From positions 253,452,690 through 253,516,689 of the forward strand of contig NC_052148.1 in NCBI RefSeq assembly GCF_902713615.1: 64,000 nt of DNA, read 5' to 3'. Numbering within the stretch: the stretch's first letter is position 1; each line of letters opens with the position of its first letter. Both the position numbers and the translations under genes were made by a program. The stretch is from Scyliorhinus canicula (taxonomy: Eukaryota). Below, one piece after another: positions 10,563 to 23,207 of the stretch. The notes below the pieces were generated by a model, which was not told where the DNA came from, searched no databases, and saw nothing but the letters and a program-made list of their open reading frames with translations.

Positions 10563-13500
10563 CAACCCCCAGTCCCTTGATGTTTTCTGTTGCCCGCTTA
10601 TGGGTTTGGGGGTGGAGGGTGGGGGCTTCCGCCCCCTCCCCCTCCCTCCGTGCCTCTCCCTGTAGTTCCCCTGAGTTCTATCCTGTCTTCCTCTCTCCCT
10701 CCCCCCAGAATTGTGTATTCCTGTCTGTCTTCTCCCACTTTTTTCCCTACTCGCTGTTGGCTTTGAACAGGTCTTGGAACAGGCCGGCGAATTGCCCCCA
10801 CGCTTTGATGAAGCCTTCCTCCGACCCGGATGGTGTATTTGATATTCTCCAAATGGAGAAATTCCGCCAGGTCAGCCAGTCTGCGGCTGTGGGTGGTGCT
10901 GCTGATCGCCAGCTGAGCAGGATTCTCCGGCATGCGATTCGGGAAGCGAAAGCCACGGCCTCAGCCCTCTTCCGCATGTATAGTTCTGGCTGTTCGGATG
11001 CCCCGAGAACTGACACTCTCAGGCACGGCTCCACCCTCACCCCCAGAACCTTGGACGTTGCCTCGGAGAAAGCTGTCCAGAACCTCGCAAGTCTGGACCT
11101 TGCTTTTTAAAACCTGCTTGAAGATCATTTTGAATGTTTAGAAATTGTAGAGGCTCCCAACCGCCAGGGATTGTAGCTATACTGCAGTGACTGCGGTGAA
11201 TCCAAGTACCATAGACCATTACAGTGGATCCACGTGGGCTGGGGTAGGGGGTGGGGGGGCTGGAGAAAATATAATGTGGGGACTGCAAATTCAGAAAGTC
11301 AAATGCAAGCCTCCTTTCACTTCTGCACCTTGTATGTTTGCACTTCCCTCATTTTGGAACAAGCTTTCTGAGTGTGAACTTTTCTGCTACTTCCATGAAT
11401 TTATTCTTTAAATTGCAGAAACTTTACTTCATTAAAATACGATTTGATATTGGTGGGTTTTTTATGAAAAGAAACAAAATGGAATCTTATAACCCTAATA
11501 AACTGTTTCAATAAAAGGGACACGTGTTGTGTGTATATATACAGTTTGCAGTGACCCATCTGTTTTTTTATAGCATCTTATCCTGCCCCCACCCCCACCC
11601 CACCCCATTCACACACACACACACCTCTGGACTTTGGTTTCTTGTTTTTTTCTTTTCCGCGTCTTATTAAATGCTAATTGTAAATCATTACGTTTTATCA
11701 GAAATAACAGTGAACCCCTCAACTATCTGCGACAAAGTGCAATGACAGATGCCTTTGACAGTGGAGCCCCGTGCAGGCAGTGTGAGCTGCTATTGCTGTG
11801 GGCTCATTGTCCTTCAGACAAAAGCCAGTCTCCCTCGCCCTCATGCGGATTCACTGGGAATTGCAGCAGCAGAGAGGCAGCAATTTCACGCTCTCGGGTC
11901 AATCAAACACAAGCATCTTTCAACAATATTTCTTCCCCCCCCCCCCCCCCCCCCCGGGAATTTGCAGGAGAAAATTGTTATCCCCGCGCTTCCCCCTCAT
12001 GCAATTCAATTTCACTTTATTATTCCTGCGGAAATTCACTTCGGGTGCATCAGGCATTCACAGCAGAAATACAAATAAATGAATAACAACAAAAATAAAC
12101 TTAATTAAAATATCTTAAAAACGATTCCAATCTGGTTCATTCACCCATCCCTTACTCTTTCCGCCGTAGCTGCCAAGTGGTAGTACTGTAGGTTTGGGAG
12201 GGCCAGGCCCACATATTTCTTCCACTTTGTTGGAGTTTTTGGGGAATCCTTGGATTCTCCACCCCCCCCCCCCCCCCCCCCCCCCACACATGTAAATACC
12301 ATAATCATCTTATCTATCAAATTGAGTAAGGCCTTGGGGATTTAAATCAGTATGGACCTAAAGAGGAAGAGGAACCTGTTCATCTTGATCGTCTGAACCC
12401 TCCCCGCCAGGGAGAGCGGGAGTGTACCCCATCTCGACAGGTCCTTCTTTACTTCTTCCACCAGACTGGTCAGGTTCCACTTGTGGATCCGTGTCCAATC
12501 ATGAGTAATCTGGATCACCAGGTACAGGAATTTGCTTTGGGCCTGTTTGAATGGCAGTCCCTCCAGCTCTTCCCCTCCCCCTTGCCGGTTCACCAGGAAG
12601 ATATCACTTCTGCTCAGGTTGCGTTTGTAGCCCGAGAAGGCTCCAAACTCACCTGCTCCTCTACATCCCGGACCCAGAAATCAGCATGGAGGAGCAGGTG
12701 GTCCGCATCGAGTGAGACTCTGAGCTCTCTGTCCCCCCCTCCAGATCACCATCCAATTCTTTGCCGCCCTGAGCACGATCGCTAATGATCGCTGAGCGAA
12801 CAGCAGCGGGGGCAACGGGCATCCTTGCCTTGTGCGTCTGAGCAGCTGAAAGTAGTTCGAGCTGGTGGTATTTGTCCGCATGCTCACCGTGGGAGCATTG
12901 TACAGGAGTTCCATCCAGGCGATGAATCTAGCTCCAATCCCAAACTGCTCCAGTACCTCGAGGAGGCACTTCCGTTTGACTCTGTCGAAGGCCTTTTCTG
13001 CGTCCAGGGAGATGATCACCTCTGGTGTTCTCTCCCCAGAGGGGGTCATGATCACGTCCAGCAGACGCCTGATGTTCGATGTTGGCTGTCTTCGCTTGAC
13101 AAAGCCCATCTGGTTCTCTGCTACCACCTCTGGTACACAGTCCTCCAGTCTCCTGGCTAGCATCTTGGCCAGTATTTTCGGTTCCATGTTTAGCCTTTCC
13201 AGTCAATCCACATTATTCTGGTCAAGTTCACCTGTTATTCAATAGAAGCAAAACAAATTCATTTAAAAAATACATGACCATTGCAGCCAAACACACTATA
13301 CCCCCAGGCTTTTAACTCTTAACTCGCCCCAATATTTAGAAGCCAATATTCCTATAATCCTTCAATCATCACAGGAGTGTGAACTGTCCTCACTGCTGTG
13401 CCCTAACAACTCTCCTGACAGGGTCAGCTCCGACGTGCATATATCTGCACTGGTGTTGGGTCCTGAGAAATGGTGTGTGCTTCCTTCAACATCTCTGATG

Positions 13501-15056
13501 TCAAGGGAGAGTCATCTATCTCTTGGCTGTCTCTGATGGATGATTCATCTGAAGGATGTAAATAAAAGGTGCAATTCAGTAGTCATATCACACAAGTTAA
13601 CATCTGGCTACATCCTTGCCTTAGAGATTGGTGTTAGTTGCAATGAGGTTTCTCAGTGTCCTCCGCATAAATTAGATTGTTCTGATGGAGATGAGCCTCC
13701 ATCATTGCCTTCATCCTGAATGCCTCACACTTACCTTCCTCAGACATGCCAGCCTCTCTGTGACTTGATAACCTGTGTCCTCGCTCTCCCTCCAACTCCA
13801 GATCTCCCAGCTCAAACCTAGTGAGGACCGCCAGGTCTGGCACCGCACCACCAGCGGCAGATCGCTTCTAATTGTTGCGGCTCCATTTCTCCTGCAATTC
13901 AGCGTAGAGCTTCAATGGGTGCGAGAATCTTCATCTCAAATTCCATAACATGCTGTCCCCCCCCCCTCCCCGCCTCCCCAACAGCAAAATCAAAAGACCC
14001 CCGAACTCCGTTGGGTCATTATCTTTATTTGGTATCAGCGAGATTGAAGCTTGTGCTTGTGTGGGTGGCAGGGTGCCCCTTGCCAACAAGTCTGTGAACA
14101 TCTCCTGCAGGTGCGGGGCCAGTGCCATCACAAACATTTTGTAGAAGTCCGCTGGAAATCTTTCTGGTTCTCGCACCTTCCCCGCCTGCATGGAGTTAAT
14201 ACTCTCCATGCTTTCTCTCAGTTCTAGTGGTGCTTCCAGCCCCCACTTTCTATCTTTCCCCACAACTGACATGTCCAGTCCATTGAGGAACTGTTTCATC
14301 GCCAAGTCCTCTGGTGGGGGCTCAGAGGTGTACAGCCCATGGTCGAAGACCTCGAATGTCTCATTGACCTTTTCAGGCTCCGCTACCAGTTTGCCTCTGT
14401 TGTCTCTAACCTGTGCTGTTTCCCTTGTGAGCCAGCAGGCAGCTGGTTTTGTCCCCGTCCTCATACAGGGTCCCCTGTGCCTGGTGGAGATGATGCACTG
14501 CTTTCCTCATGCAGAGCAGGTCAAGGTCTATTTGTAGCTTTTTCCTCTCCACCAGGAGCTCTACAGTCAGGGCCTTGGAGTATTTCCGGTCTACCTCGTA
14601 TGGGGCTGACTAACTGTTGTCTTGCCGCCATCTCCTCCCTATCCTTATGTGCCTGGTAGGCAATACTTTCATCCCTAACCATAGCCTCCAGTGTCTTCCA
14701 GAACGGTGAGGATGAGACCTCCCGATTCCGGTTGTACATAATATGCTTGTCTACGGCCTGTGATATTTTCTCGCAGAAAGCCTTATCGGCCAGGAGGGCC
14801 ATGTCCAACCTCGCACCTTCCCCGCCTGCATGGGGTTAATACTCTCCATGACTACTCCCAGTTCTAGTGGTGCTCCCAGCCCCCACTTTCTATCTTTCCC
14901 CACATTTCCAGCGGACTTCTACAAAAAGTTTGTGATGGCACTGACCCTGCACCTGCAGCAGATGTTCACAGACTTGTTGGCAAGGGGTACCCTGGTGGGC
15001 ATTGGGCACAGCCTCTCTCCAACCTCACATCTACGTAATGTGGAGCGTGGTTGGAT

Positions 15057-15375
15057 AGGGGGCCTCACGGTAGCATGGTGGTTAGCATCAATGCTTCACA
15101 GCTCCAGGGTCCCAGGTTCAATTCCCGGCTGGGTCACTGTCTGTGTGGAGTCTGCACGTCCTCCCTGTGTGTGCGTGGGTTTCCTCCGGGTGCTCCGGTT
15201 TCCTCCCACAGTCCAAAGATGTGCGGGTTAGGTGGATTGGCCATTCTAAATTGCCCGTAGTGTAAGGTTAATGGGGGTATTGTTGGGATACGGGTTACGT
15301 GGGTTTAAGTAGGGTGATCATTGCTCGGCACAACATCGAGGGCCGAAGGGCCTGTTCTGTGCTGTACTGTTCTAT
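15057..15375 (+). mobile_element. HE1-type SINE
   Basis: Conserved head and core; near-identical inverted copy at 18856-19187. Confidence 0.88.
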
Positions 15376-17060
15376 AAGAATTACAATTGCGGGATATTCC
15401 GCTCTCACCAACCCTGGGAGCACCAATAGCCCCAATACGAAGAAATCCATCCTTGTACATACATCATGTACCTGGGACGGTACGTCATGGTCAGCAGTGC
15501 CCTAGACGGGGGCATCGGCAGTCCTGGTTAACGTGTACGCTCCCAACTGGGACAACACAGAATTTATTAAAAAGCCCATGGCGGAAATCCCTGACATCGA
15601 CCCACACCGACTGATCATGGTGGGAGGGGAGACTTTAACTGGGTACAGGAGCCACTGACGGACAGGTCAAAACCCAAAACGGGGTGCGAGGTTGGACATG
15701 GCCCTCCTGGCCGATAAGGCTTTCTGCGAGAAAATATCACAGGCCGTAGACAAGCATATTATGTACAACCGGAATCGGGAGGTCTCATCCTCATCGTTCT
15801 GGAAGACATCATGTACCTGGGAGAATGAGGAGAACTCCTTCTCCCCTGGGTGGGTGAACAGCCATGGGTCCCCTGCCCCATCTGCTCCATGAATGTGCCG
15901 AGTTCTTTTCCTTTATTCAAGGCCTTCCCCATTTTGGGTTTTGACCTGTCCGTCAGTGGCTCCTGTACCCAGTTAAAGTCTCCCCTCCCACCATGATCAG
16001 TCGGTGTGGGTCGATGTCAGGGATTTCCGCCATGGGCTTTTTAATAAATTCTGTGTTGTCCCAGTTGGGAGCGTACACGTTAACCAGGACTGCCGATGCC
16101 CCGTCTAGGGTACCGCTGACCATGACGTACCATCCCCCTTGATCCGTAACCGTCATCGTCGCAGTAAACATTGTCCTCTTATTTAGCAGTATGACTATCT
16201 CCCTGGCCCTCATCCCGTAGCAGGAATGGTTTGTCCCACCCAGCCCTTCCTTGCCTGCAGTCGGTCCTCCCTCAGGTGTGTCTCTTGTAGCAAGACTATG
16301 TCGGCTTTCATACTTTTCAGGTGGGCAAAGACTCTGGATCTTTTCACTGGGCCATTAAGTCCCCTGACGTTCCAGGTGAATATCCTGATGGATTTCTTTT
16401 CCCTTCCCCTCCAGTGGGATAAGCCATACTTATCTGGTGGGCGCGCCCCTGCATCCCGGGGTTTCCCTTTGTTAGGAGGCCGTCCAACATGACCACGGCC
16501 ATCACTCTTCCCATGACACCAGGCCCCTGTGTTCCAGGGCCCACCCAACATGGCCGTCAACTGTGTGTACACCATGTGGGTGAGACCCTGCAATCCGGGG
16601 TTTCCATTTATTCAGGGACCCTCCAAAGTGGTTGCTTGTGGTGCTTTTGTGTTCCAAATCGCCACCTATGGCCTGTTGTAGCCAGCCTAATTTCATTTCT
16701 GTCTTTGCTCCTACATTACCCCTATGATGCTTTCTCCTTCCTCCCCCACCTTCCTCCCCCCTTCCTCTTGCCCCCCCCCCCCCCCCCCCCCCCACCGCCC
16801 CGTATTCCCTTCCCCCTGTCCCTTCCTCTAATTTTCCCCCTGTTAGTGATGCAAACCCCCGGTTGTCGGGCACTCTCTCCCTTGTGGAATATGCACTACG
16901 GCCTCTCTCTCACTAATGCTTCCTGATGCTAGCTTTCCCACAGGTGCGGTGGACCCCCCCTCCCGGGGTCAGTTATGTATCCACCAGTCGTTCGCTATCT
17001 GTTCTCCCTACCTGCCGTTCTCCTCACTCTTTCCTGTGCTCTGCTGCCCTCGCTCTTTCC

Positions 17061-17414
17061 TGTCATAATATATACCAGTATATCATGGTGCAGACACACA
17101 CTGATGGACGTACACAGCCAATCACCAGTTAGAATACACACACTATAAAGGCAGAGGGCACCACGGTTCCTGCTCATTCTGGGTGCTGCCTCTGAGTGTA
17201 ACAAGAACTCATCCAGCCCAGCACAGACTCACACCACGTGCTGAGCGAATCAACTGGTTCGGACAAGGCTTAGATCTCTAGTTTAAGTTAGCATAATTTA
17301 GACCCACAGTCATCGTGGGTTAGTTAGTTAGAAGTTAGTTAATAAAATTGGATTGGACCATCATCAGATGGAAGTGTCTGTTCATCTCTCAAGTCTACAC
17401 TAGCCAACACTTCA
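17061..17414 (+). mobile_element. Solo LTR
   Basis: TG...CA ends, 5-bp TSD TTTCC (17056-17060, 17415-17419), internal CCAAT, TATAAAG and AATAAA. Confidence 0.8.
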
Positions 17415-18855
17415 TTTCCTTTCTCTGTTGCAACTCCCGTCTTCAGAACAAAACAATTCAATCCCGCGTAGTGTCCTTCAAGTTGGTTAATTAAGTTAAT
17501 AAATGAAGTCTCTTCGAAGCTCTTTTCACTGCTGTTCCTGCTGCTGTTTCTCCAGCCTGTTCTCCAGGACAAATTTGTTCACATCCGCAGGGGCCGTGAA
17601 GAAGTGCCCTGGAATGTGACCCAGAATTTGGCCGGGTACAGCATCCCAAATTTTATGCTGCTCTTGTACAGGGCTGCATTCGCCCTGTTGAACTCTGTTC
17701 AGTGCTTGTTCAGGTCAGCCTCAATGTTCTGGTACATCCTGATCCGATGACCTTCCCAGTTACAGTTTTTCATTTGACTTGCCCAGCGCAGAATTCTTTC
17801 CTGGTCTTGATTATCACCCTCGGTTGTTCTCGGTTGGGTCTTGGACGGAGTGACCAGTGGGCTCTGTCTGTTTCTGGTGGGTTGGGGAAGCTGTCCCTTC
17901 CATCCAGATTGCCCAGCCATTTGGGCCGCATAGTCTGTGGGGTCCTGACTTCAGGCCTTTCAGGCAGGCCGACTATCCGCAGGTTTTGGCGCCTTGATCG
18001 GTTTTCCTGATCTTCTATCTTTCCCCTCAGGCTCCCCTGTGTCGTGACCAACCTTGTTATCTCCTTCTCCACGGCGGCAATCCAGTTGCTCTGGTCTGTT
18101 GAGGCCTTTTTAGCCCCTTTAGGGTGCTCTCCTGGGCTTCTGATTGCCTCTCTGCCTTGTCCAGGGTTACCTGCATGGTCGTCAGAGCTTCCGTGTCCGC
18201 CACCCTAACCGCAGCCTGGATATCGGTCTTCGTCTCCTCTCTATGTTCTCTCAGTTCCCTTGTGATAAACATCCTCCAAAGCACCTTCTGGAGAGGGGGG
18301 CTCCTTGTGCGGTGGGTCGGTCCTTCTCGTGCTGGCGTGGCCCGCGTTTCGTCACCTTGTGCGTCTGCCAGCTCAGCCATTCACTTCTCCTGGCTTTTCT
18401 CATCTCTTTTCGGCCGCTTGAGGTGCTCAATGGCATCTCTGTTTACGTTGGTGTTGCTGAGGTGCGGGGATGCTTTTTTCCATGTATTAGCGGGCTATTT
18501 CAAGACAAAAAAAATATTTTCGGCTTCGTAGGAGGAGAGCCACCTGATGTGCAACTACTCAGCACACCTCGTCACCGGAAGTCGTCGCCCATCCCGAATT
18601 GCCCTTGGGAAGGTGGTGGCGAACCATCTTCTTGAACTGCTGCAGTTCATGTGGTGCAGGTGCACCCACAATGCTGTTAGGTAGAGTGTCCAGTTCCCAA
18701 TGACAGTGAAGGGATGGTGATATATTTCCAAGTCAGGTTGGTGTGTGGTTAGAAGGGGAACTTGCAGGTGGAGGTGTTCTATGCATGCGTCTGCTGCCCT
18801 TGTCCTTCCAGGTGGTAGAGATCATGGTTTTGGAAAGTGCTGTTGAAGGACTTGG

Positions 18856-19187
18856 ACATAGACATAGAACAGTACAGCACAGAACAGGCCCTTCGGCCCT
18901 CGATGTTGTGCCGAGCAATGATCACCCTACTTAAACCCAGGTAACCCGTATACCCGTAACCCAACAATCCCCCCATTAACCTTACACTACGGGCAATTTA
19001 GCATGGCCAATCCACCTAACCCGCACATCTTTGGACTGTGGGAGGAAACCGGAGCACCCGGAGGAAACCCACGCACACACAGGGAGGACGTGCAGACTCC
19101 ACACAGACAGTGACCCAGCCGGGAATCGAACCTGGGACCCTGGAGCTGTGAAGCATTGATGCTAACCACCATGCTACCATGAGGCCC
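18856..19187 (-). mobile_element. HE1-type SINE
   Basis: Conserved head, core and tail. Confidence 0.88.
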
Positions 19188-20051
19188 CTTCTGAAGGAGC
19201 CTTGGTGAGTTCCTGTGCTGCATCTTGTAGATAGCACACACTGCAGCTACTGTGCGTTGGTGGTGGATGTTGGAGGTGGAGTGCCAATCAAGTGAGTTGA
19301 TTTTTCCTGGATGGTGTCAAGCTTCTTGAGTGTTGTTGGAGATGCACTCATCCAGGTAAGTGGAGAATATTCCATCACACTCCTGTCTTGTGCCTTGTAT
19401 TGGTGGACAGGCTTTGGGGGAGCAGAGATGAGTTATTTGCTTCAGAATTCCCAGCCTCTGACTTGCTTTTGTAGCCACAGTATTTATATGGCTGGCCCTG
19501 TTCAGTTTCTCATCCATGGTAACCCCCAGGATGTTGACAGTGGGGGATTCAATGATGGTAATGCCATTGAATGTCAAGGGGTGGTGATTTGATTCTCTCT
19601 TCTTGGAAATGGTCATTGTCTGGCACTTGTGTGGTGCAAAAGTTACTTGCCACTTGTCAGCCCAAGGCTAGATATTGTCTTGGCCTTGTTGCATTTGGAC
19701 ATGGACTGCTTTAGTATCTGAGGAGCCGTGAATGGTGTTGAACATTGTGCAATCATCAACGAACATCCCCACTTCTGACCTGATGGAGGAAAGATCATTG
19801 ATGAAATCTGAGAAGATTGGGCCTAGGACACGAAGCTGAGGAACCCCTGCCGAGATAGGCTGAGACTGAGATGATTGACTCTACCAGCCTCAACCATCTT
19901 CCTCTGAGCCAGGTATGACTACAAACAGCAAGGCATTTTACTCCAGATTCCCATTGACTCCAGTTTTGCTAAGGCTCCTTGATGCCATACTCAGTCAAAT
20001 TGCGCCTTGATGTTAAGGGCAGTCACTCTCACCTCACCTCTTGAGCTCTTC

Positions 20052-20278
20052 TTTTTTTAAAAATAATTTAGAGTACCTAATTATTTTTTCCAAATAAGGA
20101 ACAATTTAGCGTGGCCAATCCACCTACCCTGCACATCTTTGGGTTGTGGGGGCGAAACCCACACAAACACGGGGAGAATGTGCAAACTCCACACGGACAG
20201 TGACCCACAGCCGGGATCGAACTGGGACCTCAGTGCCATGAGGCAGCAGTGCTAACCACTGCGCCACCGTACTGCCCT
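20052..20278 (-). mobile_element. Short polyA-tailed V-SINE
   Basis: Same subfamily as 8156-8373. Confidence 0.85.
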
Positions 20279-22047
20279 AGAGCTCACCTCTTTTGCCCAT
20301 GCCTGGATTCAAGCTGTAATGAGGTCAGACGCTAAGTCTCCTTGGCCAAACTGAGCATCAGTAAGCTGGTTAATAGATCGCACCTTTCATGACTTGAGGA
20401 CATTCCAAAGCACTTTTTGAGTGTAGACACTGCTGTAATGTAGGGAAACACAGCAACCAATTTATGCACAACAAGCTCCCACAGCAGCAAGGTGACAATG
20501 GCCAGATAATCCGATTTTTGTGATGTTGGTTGAAGGATAAATATGGACGAAGACACTGGGGATAATTCTTATTTAAAATAGTATCTTGCCAATTTTAAAT
20601 TCACCTGAGGGTGTTGACGGGGTCTCAGTGTAAATTCTCACCCAAAAGAGCAGCATCTCCAACAGCACTCCTCGGTCACTGTCCTATCCGCTTGTATTTC
20701 TGTGCTCAAGTCCTGAGCTGGGAATTTAACCCACAACCTCCTGGGCTCAGAGGCAGGAGTGTTATCCTTTGGGGCAAGACAACTAACACAGTAACCTAAC
20801 ACAGTAACACAAATTGAAAAGCCAGGTTCTTGGACTTCAGCTACCAGTTCAAGTGGTCCAACCTTTTCAGTCCTTATATCGACATGTGCGGCATCAGGTT
20901 TTCTCCTTCCTAGGTGGATTGTACTTGAAGGAAGAGGGTTCTAAATACGTTCTGGAGACTAAGTGCTGACGCCAGCGTAGAATGTGTTGACTTTCACGAC
21001 AGGAAATTCGGCGCCTACCCCTCACCAATTCCAGTACCGGTGAGGGGCTACCACCGGTGGCAACTTAAACACCCGTCGCCCGTGTGGGAAACGGCCGGAG
21101 AATGGCCTGCACCAATCGCGCCGTATAACATGACGCCAGCCGTATGCGTAACCTAACTCGCAAACCGCGACCCCACAGCCCAACCCCTGGCCGGCCCCGA
21201 TTCCGGCGTCGGAATCGATTTCCCGCCCAATCGCTGATTACGATTTTGGCGTCAGCAGCGGAGAATCCCGCCCAACACCCTTTTAAGGACTGAAATAAAA
21301 ACAGCAAATGCTGGAAGAACTCTGCTGGGGCAGGACTCCATTTTCCAGCAACCACAGTATTTTGCGCTTCACTTTTAAAGACTTCTTAATGTCTTGTGAT
21401 GTTGCTCACAGGAAAATACATCAAAGTATTCTAATGTTGCCCATTAATTATTTGCATTTTCTTTGCTCCACAGATTGTGTTTTTTCAGAAAAAAACTTTC
21501 ATCTTCAGCATTATATTAAATGAGTTTACTTTTGGGTTTAGTGGACACAGCTGGAAGTTATTTTATTATAAATTTTATTATAAGTCATTGATTCATACAT
21601 TTTAATGGCACATTTCTGTCCTTTATGGATTAGGGAGTCAATTGCAAATGAAGGCAACCAGTAAGTTCTGGAAAAGAATGGTGATATGATTACCATCATA
21701 ATGTTTGATTTCTTTTAGACACTTTTAGAAGATGGAGCACTAATACGATCTGAGAAATGAGAATTCTATTGATTCCTTTTACACAGCGCTTTCTGCTCAG
21801 CTCATAAAAGGGAAAGACTAACCAACCACTCACTGAGTTTCAGTAGCTGCCCTCGACAAGCGTGAACTTGCCTGCCTTAAGCAGATTGTTCAAGTCATCT
21901 TAATTCTGACACTGAACAATAAATTATGAATCCAGGTACAAGATGGGTGATGGCGGAGCATGGAGAAGTTGCTGTTTGAAAAATAGTGGAAAACAATATG
22001 GAATTTAACACATTCCATCTCCATTAGCTGGGCAGGGTCCTTCAAGG

Positions 22048-23156
22048 CAGTGTTTTTCAAATCTTTGTGCCCAGGACCCATTTTTACCAACTGTCCATCC
22101 TTCGGGACCAAAGCCAGCAGACCTTCGTAGCCCACGCGTGCCAACTTTCACAACCCACGCCAGCTGACCTTCTGATGAGACCATCAATTCACGTGACACG
22201 TGGTTAGAAGTGAACAGTGGTTTTAATCGTCTTACAACAGAGCCTGCCTGGGACACGATGAACTCCAGATGAACTGGCAGGCAGGCTCTCAGCATCAACC
22301 TTTATACTTCCAGTTAGTGGGAGGAGTCGTGGGTGGAGCCAAGGGTGGAGCCCAGTACAAACTCCCGTACACTCCCAGTGCATCTCCCCCTAGTGGCAGA
22401 GCAGCACAACTGCTCGTGTGCCGAGCTTACAGAGACATAGTACAACATGTGTAATACAGTGCGAATTACGCTACTGTGATTCACCACACCTTCACGATCC
22501 ATGCCAGCTGACCTTCAACATCCACACAAGCTGACCTCGCGACCCATCATTTTCACTTAAATTTAATGTGACAGGTGAGCCTGCTTGGTCCTCACAATCT
22601 CACTTGCTTTGTCCTTCAATGTTACATTTCCGATAATGACTTCAGCTTATGATTTAAGATCTCACTGCATCCGTTGAACAAAATGAAGAGATTTGTCCTC
22701 AAACTCGCCATGCTTAGTCTTCAAATTTCTTTGAAGTTATAAGAGTTTTAAACTTCCATTTGCTAGTGCCTCCCTGCATATAACAGGCATGAACATGGAA
22801 TCCTGATTTGCCGTGATTCAATTAATAACTAATACCTCATCTTTATGCTGCTTTGTTCCTGTTTTCAGCTTCTTCTTCATGGGCTGTTCACCAGAGGCCC
22901 TGGAGCTCACACCAACACTGCCGGGCTTGCGCACTGCTGAGGGGCAGGTATGCGCAAAACTGCCAGCATTCTGAAAGCCGGTCGCGACCGACATTTTTAA
23001 AAGCCGATTGTGCCGTAGGACACTATATCCTGAGATCAGGAACGTCGCAACGCATGGCCCCATGATCGGGAACACAGTGACACACGGCCCCGCAGCCCTC
23101 CTGACTCCCACACACGACCCACCTGCGAGTCACAACCCTGGATTTGAAAATGACTG
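22048..23156 (-). mobile_element. Internally deleted hAT (Buster/Charlie-like) transposon
   Basis: TIRs CAGTGTTTTTCAAA / TTTGAAAATGACTG; 8-bp TSD CTTCAAGG / CTTTAAGG; sequence shared with 27868-29580. Confidence 0.8.
22173..22488 (-). mobile_element. Solo LTR nested in the hAT element
   Basis: TG...CA ends, 5-bp TSD CCTTC (22168-22172, 22489-22493), minus-strand TATAAAG and ATTAAA. Confidence 0.8.
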
Positions 23157-23207
23157 CTTTAAGGAACCCCAAAAGAAAATGGAGCTTGAGCATTGTGTTG
23201 AATATAG

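Larger units (their letters stand above)
6827..11098 (-). mobile_element. Older 5'-truncated L1-clade LINE (3' end only: 6827-7068 plus 10579-11098), split by a younger L1
   Basis: ORF2 C-terminus (AFASRIACRRILLSWRS...LENIKYTI), T-rich tail, 11-bp TSD CTTGCTTTTTA at 6816-6826 and 11099-11109. Confidence 0.8.
12140..18585 (-). mobile_element. Degraded, rearranged, near full-length L1-clade LINE (ORF1 about 17560-18450; endonuclease about 15900-16400; RT about 12340-14800)
   Basis: ORF1-like EDQENRSRRQNLRIVGLPE, endonuclease TWNVRGLN...LLQETH, RT LDAEKAFD and RQGCPL; many stops and frameshifts. Confidence 0.85.
18590..20340 (-). mobile_element. Degraded non-LTR retrotransposon 3' fragment (RTE-X/CR1-like), interrupted by SINEs at 18856-19187 and 20052-20278
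   Basis: RT C-terminal-like peptide (ILGVTMDEKLN...KASQRLGIL). 3' end resembles the Deu-SINE-like tails elsewhere in the window. Confidence 0.6.
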
